Origin: Microcoleus sp.
GTDB taxonomy: Bacteria > Cyanobacteriota > Cyanobacteriia > Cyanobacteriales > Microcoleaceae
Length of the DNA stretch: 64,000 nucleotides
Direction of reading: 5' to 3'
NCBI GenBank assembly: GCA_042408215.1
Contig: JAYFMW010000030.1
Coordinates: 416,001-480,000 of the forward strand
How positions within the stretch are numbered: the stretch's first letter is position 1; each line of letters opens with the position of its first letter. Shown in pieces: positions 53,686-64,000 of the stretch. The notes beneath the pieces were generated by a model, which ran no database searches, was not told the DNA's origin, and worked only from the letters and a program-made list of their open reading frames with translations. Made by a program: the position numbers and the translations under genes.

Positions 53686-53970
53686 TTACCAGTTCCCGTA
53701 CTTTTCCTGATGCTCTTTGATAGCTGCTTTGAGGGCGGGGTTAGGTTCCGGTGGATTTTCGATGGCGGATGCAAAGATTTCCCAGTCGCGATCGCTCAAT
53801 ACAATTTGCTCTACTTCTAGAGGTGGCTGTTTGGCTGCATTCAGAGCGATTTCTAGCAGATACTCACCTAGATTCATAGACTTTGCTGCGGCTGCTTTTT
53901 CTAGGATTTCTTTATCTGTTTGGCTGAGGGTTAACTCTATTTTTGTTGGGGTATCGGTTGGTGTTGACAT
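53686..53970 (-). CDS. DUF1778 antitoxin
   Basis: KEILEKAAA, IVLSDRDWEIF, ENPPEPNPALK; directly upstream of the GNAT gene. Confidence 0.88.
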   Translation of the reverse strand: MSTPTDTPTKIELTLSQTDKEILEKAAAAKSMNLGEYLLEIALNAAKQPPLEVEQIVLSDRDWEIFASAIENPPEPNPALKAAIKEHQEKYGNW

Positions 53971-54035
53971 TGTTTTGTTATAAAATGGCGATCGACTAAT
54001 TTTATTGTAGCAATATTGATGAGAGCAACATTGGC

Positions 54036-54587
54036 TCATCTCTGAATTACCCGATTCACTTCTGCTAACGGCAGTTCTAAAGATTCTGCAATTTGTTCGG
54101 CACTCAAACCCAGTTTTGCCAATTTAGGGACTGCTTCTAACTTAGCTTTGCGTTCGGCTTCTTCTAAAAGTTTTTGATAATTTGGATATCCTTTGACATC
54201 ATTATCACTTTTATTGTCTGATGCCGATCGTTCTGACGAAAGTGATTCAGATTCTTGTGCGGGATTGGTACAAAAATTAATATGCCCAATTTGTACCGGA
54301 TTCCCACTATTTGAGAAATTTACTATTCGCCATCTTTCTACCGTAGCGCGAAAGTTTGATTTGTTAATGTCTGCGCCCAGCGCAGTTGAGAGTATCTGCC
54401 ATAGCTCATAGCTAGCATCCCTTACATGACCCTGACTACAGTGATATTCTTCCGCAATTTGCGCGTATTTCCGATTATTCAAGACTCCTTTGAGGATTGC
54501 TACTTGCAGGGTGTCGAGGTGTTTGCCAGTCTTGGAAAAAACTAGCTCATCAATAGACTTTAAGACATCTTGGGTATCCATCAGCAT
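54036..54587 (-). CDS. Small putative DNA-binding protein (N-terminal HTH as in 9953-10516, Rpn-like C-terminal HTH tail)
   Basis: KTGKHLDTLQ...KYAQIAEEY...HVRDASYELWQILS...KSNF; KLEAVPKLAKLGLSAEQIAESLEL. Confidence 0.78.
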   Translation of the reverse strand: MLMDTQDVLKSIDELVFSKTGKHLDTLQVAILKGVLNNRKYAQIAEEYHCSQGHVRDASYELWQILSTALGADINKSNFRATVERWRIVNFSNSGNPVQIGHINFCTNPAQESESLSSERSASDNKSDNDVKGYPNYQKLLEEAERKAKLEAVPKLAKLGLSAEQIAESLELPLAEVNRVIQR

Positions 54588-54610
54588 ATCTGAATACAAA
54601 ACTATTTTAG

Positions 54611-54653
54611 TATAACCCGTTTTTTTCCGACTTTATCCGCTTTTTTCCGACTT
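54611..54653. promoter_or_regulatory. Four 10-bp-phased direct repeats, putative operator
   Basis: CCG at 54617, 54627, 54637, 54647 separated by T tracts. Confidence 0.6.
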
Positions 54654-54792
54654 GCCAAAGCTGCGATCGGTTGACATTATAAGTAGTATCAAGTTGATTA
54701 AATTACTTGCCGAATTATCGATGGGTATATTTGGAGCGTCAGCCACAATACCGAATTGATATAGCCAACAGCTATTACTTCACTTTGTCAAT

Positions 54793-55266
54793 ATGAACAA
54801 GTTATTTCCCTTCGTTTTCCTCTCGTCTGTTCTCCTCCTTGCTACAACTGAAAGCACTTTTTATAAAAGTGTTAACGCTCAGTCATTCCAACGTAATCGC
54901 CCCGATTTAAACGGTCTGCTAGTTAGAAATCCGGGTAATGGTATGATTTTCTGGGTTGACCGTGGTCAGCGCCGCCATATCGCAGGTCCCAGTATATATA
55001 CAAGATTGTTTGTACCCAAACATCGAGATTATTTAGAAACCGATGTCATTGAACCCGGACCATCTATAACAAATGATAACAGACTTGTCCGTTGTGGAGA
55101 AAACGGACATCCTTTGAAAAACCGTATATACCTTTTAGACGAGGGTACAAAAAGGCACGTCACCTCTCCAACTGTTATGGATAAGAATAACTTTAACGGG
55201 AAAGGGGTTAATACTATTGATTGTCCGGTTCTGGCTACGATACCAGACGGAGCTTCTATCCGGTAG
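54793..55266 (+). CDS. Secreted protein with two internal repeats
   Basis: Signal peptide ending VNA-Q; repeats LVR..(IFW/IYL)..G.(R/K)RH(I/V)..P...I..G.SI. Confidence 0.75.
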   Translation: MNKLFPFVFLSSVLLLATTESTFYKSVNAQSFQRNRPDLNGLLVRNPGNGMIFWVDRGQRRHIAGPSIYTRLFVPKHRDYLETDVIEPGPSITNDNRLVRCGENGHPLKNRIYLLDEGTKRHVTSPTVMDKNNFNGKGVNTIDCPVLATIPDGASIR

Positions 55267-55503
55267 AGTAGTCAAAAAGAAGCAAGGTTGCAGACTTCAT
55301 AACTGTCATTTTTCGCTGAACCTTTTAGCTACCACTAGAAAAGCGATCGCGCATTTATTTCAGGAAACCTCAACAGATACCGTAGGGTGCGTCGCTATCG
55401 AAAATCTCCGAACTAAATCGAAAATCTCATAGCGACGCACCCTACCAGATATTATCGTCAAAAACCCGGTTTCTAGACTCGTCTGTGTACTCCGCAATCC
55501 AAA

Positions 55504-57030
55504 CTACGCGCCGACCGCTTCCTTGGCCGCGTACAACACCTCAGCATTAATTAGAGCAATCCCCCGATCGCGCGCGAACTTCTCAGTATTTCGCTTGACT
55601 TTCCCGCGCACAAAACCAGGAATTTTATTCAACTCAGCTTGTCCATCCTTCGTCCAATTCATATCAGAATCAGCCGAAATTCCCTTAGTAATCACTTCCT
55701 TGGTATCGTGGCCACCGAAGATTTCCAGCAAGTGGTCTTCCATGCCCAAAGTAAAGGAATTGTACACCAAATCTACGCACTGATTCGTGCCTTCATAACC
55801 CAAAAATGGCTTGTAGCCGATCGGGAAATTTTGGACGTGAATCGGCGCAGCAATTACCCCGCAAGGAATATCCAACCGCTTACCGACGTGACGTTCCATT
55901 TGTGTACCGAAAATTGCGGAAGGTTCCGCTTTCGCGATCGCATCTCCGATCGCCCCATGATCCTCCGTCACCAGCACTTCATCGCAATACCCTTTTACCT
56001 CTTCCCGGAACCAATCAGCATCGTGTTTGCAGTAGGTTCCTGCCCACACAACGTGAATTCCCATCTCGCGAGCCAAAATCTTCGTCATCGCCGCTGCGTG
56101 GGTATTATCGCCAAATACGACCGCTTTTTTGCCTGTTAAGTTTTGGCAGTCGATCGATCGCGAAAACCAAGCAGCCTGCGACACAAATCGAGTTTGTTGA
56201 TCGATGAAATCTTCATAATCAACATCAGCACCTTGAGCATTCAAAACTTGCTGAATCTTGCGAATACAGCGCGCAGTTTCCACCACACCCATCGGTGTAA
56301 TATCCACCATCGGCGTGCCGAATTCTTTTTGCAAATACTCCCCGGCCATCATCCCTAATTCCCGATAAGGAACCAGATTAAACCAAGCGCGCGGCAGTCT
56401 TTTCAAGTTATGAACCGAAGCACCTTCGGGAATAACTTCGTTGACTTCTATGCCCAAATCTGCCATCAAACGCTTCAACTCAGTGCAGTCGTGCTGGTTG
56501 TGGAAACCCAGCGTTGACATCCCGATGATGTTGACAGATGGTTTTTCGCTTTTGGCTTCTACTAAATCGCCTTTTTTGCGGGATTTGTTGATGTAAAATT
56601 GGACGATTTGATCCAAAGTGCGATCGGCAGCTTGGAGTTCGTTTACGCGATAATGGTTAACATCCGCCAGCAAAACATCGCCTTTGGCTTCCAATTGAGC
56701 TCGCTCCACGAAGTTTTCCAAGTCTTCTTGCAGAATGCTGGAAGTGCAAGTCGGAGTCAACACGATTAAATCTGGGTGTTCTTCTCTGTCTTTGCGGGTG
56801 ATGTTGTCCACCACTCTTTCTTGGGAACCGCGCGCGAGTACGTGTCTGTCAACGACGCTGGTAGTTACCGGGGTGAAGTCCCGTTCCCTCTCCAGCATGG
56901 AACGCATGACGTTAAAATAGTCGTCTCCGATGGGTGCGTGCATGATCGCATGGACGTTTTTGAAGGAAGTCGCAACGCGCAGAGTGCCGATGTGGGCTGG
57001 CCCTGCGTACATCCAATAAGCCAATTTCAT
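55504..57030 (-). CDS. chlB: Light-independent protochlorophyllide reductase subunit B
   Basis: [49 protein letters not shown]. Confidence 0.98.
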   Translation of the reverse strand: MKLAYWMYAGPAHIGTLRVATSFKNVHAIMHAPIGDDYFNVMRSMLERERDFTPVTTSVVDRHVLARGSQERVVDNITRKDREEHPDLIVLTPTCTSSILQEDLENFVERAQLEAKGDVLLADVNHYRVNELQAADRTLDQIVQFYINKSRKKGDLVEAKSEKPSVNIIGMSTLGFHNQHDCTELKRLMADLGIEVNEVIPEGASVHNLKRLPRAWFNLVPYRELGMMAGEYLQKEFGTPMVDITPMGVVETARCIRKIQQVLNAQGADVDYEDFIDQQTRFVSQAAWFSRSIDCQNLTGKKAVVFGDNTHAAAMTKILAREMGIHVVWAGTYCKHDADWFREEVKGYCDEVLVTEDHGAIGDAIAKAEPSAIFGTQMERHVGKRLDIPCGVIAAPIHVQNFPIGYKPFLGYEGTNQCVDLVYNSFTLGMEDHLLEIFGGHDTKEVITKGISADSDMNWTKDGQAELNKIPGFVRGKVKRNTEKFARDRGIALINAEVLYAAKEAVGA

Positions 57031-57404
57031 AAAAAATACTCGGTAAGTGGGAAACTCAGAGTTTTTAGACCTGAGAGGAAAACGACTTGGCGGTTTTAAC
57101 CGCCTTGAATCCCCTCCGGCGAGGGGTGGAGGGGTATGGTTGCCCCTCCGGTGAGGTATGGTTGCCTCGATCTCCCTTGCGGGGTAATGTTAGCTTCGCC
57201 AATGTTATAAGAGCTTTTTAGACCTGCAACACTGCCTCAGTGACTTTAAGACTGTTTAATTGCAGATGACAGGGCTCTTTACTAGCTTCGCATCCACAGG
57301 GTGTCATGACTCAAATAACGTAGACCTCTAAGGTCTTAGGCTGGTCAGCACAGCTTGCTCGATCGCTCTAACAAGCTCAGTCCCTTTAGGGCTGAGTTAC
57401 TGAC
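57031..57404. mobile_element. Non-autonomous IS200/IS605 derivative (IscB lineage) with no ORF
   Basis: Subterminal hairpins CTCAGAGTTTTTAGACCTGAG and CTCAGTCCCTTTAGGGCTGAG, TGAC terminus; left end resembles that of the 42513 element. Confidence 0.8.
57171..57404 (-). ncRNA. HEARO / IscB omega-RNA scaffold, orphan
   Basis: Minus strand: GTCAGTAACTCAGCCCTAAAGGGACTGAGCTTG...TGACCAGCCTAAG...CTACGTT...GACACC...TAAACAG...CAGTG...AACATTGGCGAAGCTAACATTACC, matching recalled HEARO blocks in order. Confidence 0.8.
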
Positions 57405-57749
57405 AGGTATTTTTCCTGATGCTGGTTGAGATTTGCCCGATCGGGCTATTACTGCTAGATTTTAGAGTTGTTTCTGATTCTCTCACCGGATGAATCCTTT
57501 AGAAATAATGACTTTCTGAAGATTTACAGATGGCTGCGATCGCTCAAACCCTTTGCTGAACAGGGATTTGACTCCACACTAAAACAACTTTGCGGTTGTT
57601 TTACTGCAATAATTCTTAATTTATTGTCAATTTTCCGCCTGTCACCGCCCGATGCACAATTAACAGTCAAAGTCAAGTTTACTGCCAGATTTTCCGCTGC
57701 TGAGTTTGTATTGATAGTTGATATCAATTCCGGTTGCACCGTCAGGTGA

Positions 57750-57826
57750 TGTTGGCTGTTGGCTTTTGGCTGTTGACTGTTGGCTGTTGACTGTTGGCTG
57801 TTGACTGTTGGCTGTTGACTGTTGAT
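57750..57826. repeat. STRR heptamer tract (GTTGGCT/GTTGACT)
   Basis: About 10 tandem units. Confidence 0.9.
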
Positions 57827-58303
57827 GGTTTGAACAATACCGATGCAACGGTCAACGATATGAGACAACACAAAATAGACCATTAGTGAAAGCAGAATTT
57901 TCCCATATTCTCATATTCAAATCTTCAATCTCAAATCTCAAATCCCTCGGCTGTTTAACCTTGGCAATTGGCTAATAATTCAGTCCACAAAATTAATATT
58001 TCATGACTTGCGTATTTTCATGTAATATGGTGGCGATCGGTCTTCAATCCAGCAATTTCCTGAAAGCTGAGATTGTTTTGTGGTCAGCTTGGCGATCGAT
58101 ACGCTACAGTAAACCCTTGCACAACTCCTATATTTGTAGCTTTCTTTACCCAACTGCATAACTGCGACTTCATCAACAGCGCGCGCAGACAGCAGCATTC
58201 GCCGTCTGCTGTCAAGGCCTTTCCCACACATCCCAAAAGATAACTCTTGAGCGATAATGGAGGATGATATTGACCAAGCACCTAATTTGAGAGAACTTTT
58301 TTT

Positions 58304-61300
58304 ATGATGGCAATTCCCGGCGTTGCAGTTCTCGCTCTTATTTATGAAAGCAGCACCTCCCTAGTTTACCGTGGTCGCAATGAGCTGGACAATCAACCTG
58401 TTATTATCAAACTGATCAAAGAAGAATATCCGACTCCTGAAGAACTGAATAGATACAGACGCGAACATGAAATTACTGCCAACTTAAACCTAGAGGGAGT
58501 TGTTAAAGTCTACAATTTGCAGCCTGTTAGAAACAGTCTGGCAATGATCTTAGAAGATTTTGGCGGCGAATCTTTAAGAATATTCATGGCTTCCCAAAAA
58601 TTGACAATTTTAGGATTTCTGACTACTGCGATCGAAGTTGCTGAAACCTTGGGAGAAATTCACGCAAACAATGTAATTCACAAAGATATTAACCCCTCAA
58701 ATATCGTTTTTAATCCGGCTACAGGACAAGTAAAACTCATCGACTTTAGCATTTCAACAGCATCAGAGCAGGCCAACATTCCCAATAAAAATCCAAATTT
58801 TTTAGAAGGTACTTTAGCCTATATGTCGCCCGAACAAACGGGCAGAATGAACCGGGTAATAGATTACCGCACCGACTTTTATTCCCTCGGCATCACCTTC
58901 TATGAATTGCTGGCAGGAAAACTTCCTTTTAGCACTTCCGATCCAATGGAGTTAGTTCACTGTCACATCGCCAAACAGCCAGTACCTCTCAATGAAATAG
59001 CACCTGAAATTCCTAAAGCTGTTTCAGATATTGTGATGAAATTGCTAGCCAAAACCGCTGAGGACATCGCTATCAAAGTGCCTGGGGAATGAAAGCAGAT
59101 TTGGAATCTTGTCTGTTTCAGTTGCAGACATCCGGGTTTATTTCCGAGTTTGATCTCGGCAGTCAAGATATTTCTGATAAATTTCAAATTCCTCAAAAAC
59201 TTTACGGCAGACAGCGAGAAGTCGAAACTCTTTTAGCCGCATTTGAACGGGTAGCAGCCACAAATAATCGCTCTTACCCGCTGGAATTTTCCCAAGTTTA
59301 TGCAACCAAAAATAATTTCAAATTTGCCAGCGAAATTTCCCATTCAGTGCGAACAATAGGGGAACATAAATCCCGCAGCGAGATGATGCTGATTGCCGGT
59401 TATTCCGGTATTGGAAAATCGGCAATGGTCAAGATTTTAGCAAAACCTATTACCCGCAGGCGGGGCTATTTTATTTCGGGCAAGTTTGACCAGTACAAAC
59501 GGACTATTCCTTACTCTGCTGTTGTCAGCGCTTTTTCCGAATTGGTGCGACAACTGTTAACTGAAAGCGCAGCTCAATTAGCAGTTTGGCGCGAAAAACT
59601 CCGCACTTCCTTTGGCCAAAACGGGCAAATTATTATTGATGTAATTCCTGAAGTAGAACTGATTGTTGGGGCTCAGTCTCCTGTAGCTGAATTGGGACCG
59701 ACGGAATCTCTCAACCGCTTTAATTTAGTATTTCAAAATTTTATTCGCGTATTTTGTCAGCCAGAACAACCCCTGGTAATTTTTCTCGACGATTTGCAGT
59801 GGGCTGATTCTGCTACTCTCAAGCTGATCGAATTGATGATGACAGATGAAGCGACGCAATATCTGTTTTTAATTGGCGCTTATCGGGATAACGAAGTTAG
59901 TCCCACTCATCCTTTAATGATGACTGTGGAGACGCTGCGAAATCAAGCAGCTATTATTAATCAGATTGCTTTGTCGCCGCTGGGAGTGGAACAGATCGCT
60001 CATTTGATTGCAGAAACTTTGCATAGCGATCGAGAATCTGTTAAACCTTTGGCTGAACTGGTTGTCAGCAAAACTGACGGGAATCCTTTTTTTGTTAATC
60101 AATTTCTCCAAACCTTGTATCAGGAAAACCTGCTAGTTTTTCACCCGCCACAGTCGGGGAGCAAGGGCGGCTGGCATTGGGATATGAATCAAATCGAGCA
60201 GTGTGCCATCACTGACAATGTAGTAGATTTGATGGTACAAAAATTGAGGAAACTGCCCATTTCAACTCAGCAAGTTTTGCGTTTAGTTGCTTGTTTGGGC
60301 AATGAATTTGATTTAAACACTCTGTCTCTCATCAATGAAAAGGAAGCCTCAGAAACTTTTTCGCATTTGCTGCCAGCAATTAAGTCTGGATTAATCTTGC
60401 CAACTTCTGAATTGGAAAGTAAGTCATTAGATTATGTACTTTTTCCGCTGTTAATTCTCAATTATAAATTTTTGCACGATCGGGTACAACAAGCAGCTTA
60501 TGCTTTGATTGACGACTCGCAAAAAAAAGCTGTTCACCTGAAAATCGGGAGACAAATACTAGAAAATACTCCGGCCCAGTACCGGGCCGACAGAATCTTT
60601 GAGTTAGTCGATCATTTGAATGTGGCTCGATCGCTCATTATGGACGATCGAGAATTAATCCAACTAGCAACCCTGAATTTAGACGCGGCTCACAGAGCAA
60701 AAGATGCCACAGCTTATGTTGCTGCATTGCAATATTTGACAGCGGGAATGGACGGTTTGAGCGATGATATTTGGGACTCCCACTATGACTTAGCCTTTGC
60801 ACTGCACATAGAGCGCGCAAACGTTGAGTATTTAAACGGCTATTTCGAGAATTCAGAAGAATTTATTAATATAACTTTAGAAAAAGCCCGATCGCCCTTA
60901 GAAAAAGTAGAAATTTACAACCTGCTCATCGTACAGTACACCCTGCGCGCCAAGTACGAGGAAGCAGTCAAAGCCGGCATCAAAGCTTTGAATTTACTAG
61001 GCATTGACTTGCCCCTAGACGGGCTGGAAACAGTGATTTCTGAAGAATTTGCCGTCGCGAAATCTATTTTAGGCGATCGAGAAATTGCTTCCCTGATCGA
61101 CGAACCCGCCATGACAGTACCCGACAAAAAAGTTGCAGTTAAATTAATCACAAACTTGTTAACACCTGCGTACCTCAACAATCCAGATTTGTGGAAACTC
61201 AGCGTTTTAAAAGGACTGAATCTTTCTCTCAAATACGGTTTGGTTCCCGAAGCATCTCTTTGCTACGCGGGCTACGGTATGTTCTTAAACGCAGTTTCGG

Positions 61301-63816
61301 GAGACTACAAAGCAGCTTATCAATTTGCATTGCTGTCCCTAAAAGTGAGCGAAAAATCTGGAAATATCGGGTTGAAGTGCAGAGCTTGTTCATCGCTAGT
61401 CAGTATTTTTTATTACTGGTTCAACCATATCAAAGATTCCCATGCTATTAGCAATGAAGGATATCAAGCAGCTTTAGAATCAGGAGATTTAGAATATGCA
61501 GGTTATATTCTATCCAACCGCATAGCCAATTCATTCTTTCAAGGTAAAGAAATCGCGGTAGTTCTTGCCGATACAAGCAGATTTTTGCAGTTCAGCCAAA
61601 AAACCAAAAATCAGCTCGTCACCGATACATTATTAGGGGCAGAATTAATTCTACGTAACTTGAGCAAACTTACTCCTGAAAAGTTTGTATTTGAAAACGA
61701 AGAAATCAGCGAATCGCAATATGTACATAACTGCCAAGTCCATCAAAACCTGTACTCGCTCTGCCTTTATCAGATTCGCAAATGTCAGGTATTGTACTTG
61801 TATGGAAACTTTAATGAAGCATTGCAACTAGCTTTACAAGTGGAAAAACAGCTCTCTTTTATTACAGGAGCAATACCGGCTACCGAATGGAATTTTTTCT
61901 TTTCTCTAGTCTTACTCGCTGTCTATCCCAATGTTTCTCAAGACAAGAAAAAGCAATATTTGGAGAAGTTAGATACAAATCAAAAACAAATGAAAATTTG
62001 GTCAGACAACTGTCCCGAAAATTTTCTACACAAGTACGTTTTAGTACAAGCAGAAATAGCCAGAATTTCCAGGAAAGACTCAGAAGCTGTAGAGTTGTAC
62101 GACTTCGCCATAACTTTAGCTCAAGACAATGAGTTTGTCCAAAATGAAGCCTTGGCTAATGAATTAGCAGCCAAATATTGGTTAAATAAAGGCAAATATC
62201 AATATGCCAAAATCCACTTGCGCGAAGCTCACTCGTGCTACTTGCGCTGGGGTGCATTCCGAAAAGTTGAAGATTTAGAAGAGAAGTATCCGCAGTTGCG
62301 GGAAATGAGGCCTTTGAGCGGAAGTTTTGCCCAAAACGAAACTACAACAACTATTCATACTTCTACTGGTAGCGATGCGAGAGTGCTGGATTTAGCGACG
62401 GTAATGAAAGCATCTCTGGCGATTTCGAGCGAAATTGTTCTCGACAAGTTGCTGGCTTCTTTGATGAGGATATCCCTGGAAAATGCGGGAGCTCAATTAG
62501 GTTTTTTGATTTTAGTTAAAGATGGCAAACTTTTAATTTTAGCGAAAGCATCAGTATTTGATGAAGATGTAGCGATGTTGCCATTTACACCTCTTGAAGA
62601 ATGTCAAGATTTACCTGTGACGGTGATTAATTATGTGGAAAGGACTCGATCGGACCTGGTGTTGAGCAATGCGGCGGCTGAGGGACTATTTACCGCCGAT
62701 CCTTATGTCATCAGACAGCAACTCAAATCTATTTTGTGTACGCCAATTGTGAATCAAGGCAAACTGATCGGCATTCTTTATTTAGAAAATAACTTAACTA
62801 TCGGGGCATTTACTGCCCAAAGATTGGAAGTTTTAAGGCTGCTTTCTTCCCAAGTTGCTATTTCTTTAGAAAATGCTCTGCTTTATAATTCAGTCGAACA
62901 GAAAGTGCTAGATCGGACGCAGGAGTTAAATGAAAAGAACGAGCGTTTAGAACAAACTTTGCGCGAGCTGAAACTGACTCAGGCTCAATTAATTCAAACT
63001 GAAAAGATGTCGAGTTTGGGACAAATGGTAGCAGGTGTAGCTCACGAGATTAATAATCCTGTAAGTTTCATTTACGGCAATCTTACGCCAGCGAGCGAAT
63101 ATGTCAAAGACTTACTGAAATTAATTGAACTGTATCAGCAGCACTATCCAGAACCGGTGGATGAAATTACCGAGGAAATAGAAACAATTGAACTGGACTT
63201 TTTGATAGAAGATTTGCAGAAACTGCTGGCTTCTATGAAAGTGGGAGCGGAAAGAATCCGCGATATTGTGCTGAGTTTGCGGAATTTTTCGCGACTTGAT
63301 GAAGCGGAAATGAAGTCGGTTGATATCCATCAAGGGATAGATAGTACGGTGATGCTGTTACAACCGCGTCTGAGAAAACAGGGCGGGCGTTTGGGGATTG
63401 ATGTGATTAAAAATTACGCGAAGTTGCCGCTAATTACTTGTTATGCGTCGCAGTTGAATCAGGTATTTATGAATATCTTGACAAATGCGATCGATGCGCT
63501 GCTGTTGGCGAGGGATTACCCGGAAAATTATCAACAAAAGCCTGCTATTACTATTACTACGGAGGTGACATACCGGAATTCTGTGAGAATTAGAATGGCG
63601 GATACGGGGCCTGGGATGACGACGGAGGTGCTGCACAAGATTTTTGACCCGTTTTTTACTACTAAGCCGGTGGGTTCTGGTACTGGTTTGGGGCTGTCTA
63701 TTTCCCACTCGATTGTTGTTAGTTCTCACGGTGGTAAATTGACTTGTGTTTCTGCACCGGGTGAGGGGAGTGAGTTTATTATTGAAATTCCGATCGCCCC
63801 CAAGCAAGTTTTGTAA
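58304..63816 (+). pseudogene. Trifunctional Ser/Thr kinase-AAA ATPase-GAF-histidine kinase, frameshifted at ~59065
   Basis: HKDINPSN, GTLAYMSPEQTGR; GYSGIGKS, FLDDLQWAD, FLHDRVQQAAY, GAF, AHEINNP; GAGGACATCGCTATCAA has 2 extra nt relative to AEDRYQ. Confidence 0.82.
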
Positions 63817-63844
63817 GGAAGGAAAGAAAGACAGGGCGAATATA

Positions 63845-63908
63845 GTAAGGTGCGTCGCCCTAGAGAATCTCCAAGTTTCATTTTTTATCATAGGGCGACG
63901 CACCCTAC
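63845..63908. repeat. GTAG-type REP-like inverted repeat
   Basis: GGTGCGTCGCCCTA...TAGGGCGACGCACC; sister copy 55382-55446. Confidence 0.75.
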
Positions 63909-64000
63909 AATTTAGCACCACACTAGAATGACAAAAAGATGCCGATCGCATTTCATAGAAAAAGTGGAATAAGTGCGATCGACAATTAAGCTGAGTTTTG

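Noticed and set aside
57031..57404. Group I intron / IStron or riboswitch at chlB
   Set aside because: No group I core or known aptamer recognised; ends and motifs fit an IS200/IS605 omega-RNA element
57468..57883. ORFs upstream of the chlB element as possible IscB
   Set aside because: No PLMP, RRXRR, HNH or RuvC motifs; driven by STRR tracts

Overview
Chromosomal window from a filamentous cyanobacterium (Oscillatoriales/Microcoleus-like; inferred from abundant HIP1 GCGATCGC sites, heptamer STRR tracts and chlL/chlN/chlB). Housekeeping content: potD/potA, zur, purS/purQ, chlL-DUF5331-chlN, chlB, yqeK-rsfS-CGLD27-asparaginase, two tandem tRNA-fMet, several signalling kinases and envelope/EPS genes. 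Accessory content is dense: three tnpB-only IS200/IS605 elements, many nested MITEs and REP-like palindromes, an orphan C5 methyltransferase, intact and decayed toxin-antitoxin modules, a ParA-HEPN pair and several frameshifted genes. Two observations stand out. (1) A 374-bp non-coding IS200/IS605 derivative carrying an IscB-type omega (HEARO) RNA but no IscB sits exactly between the apparent native RBS and the ATG of chlB. (2) Two separate loci share one architecture: a small stand-alone double-HTH gene divergent from an exported-protein gene, separated by four 10-bp-phased T-tract/CNGNC repeats, a candidate undescribed regulator-operator-secreted cargo module. All family calls are by eye from motifs and recalled homologues; no searches were run.
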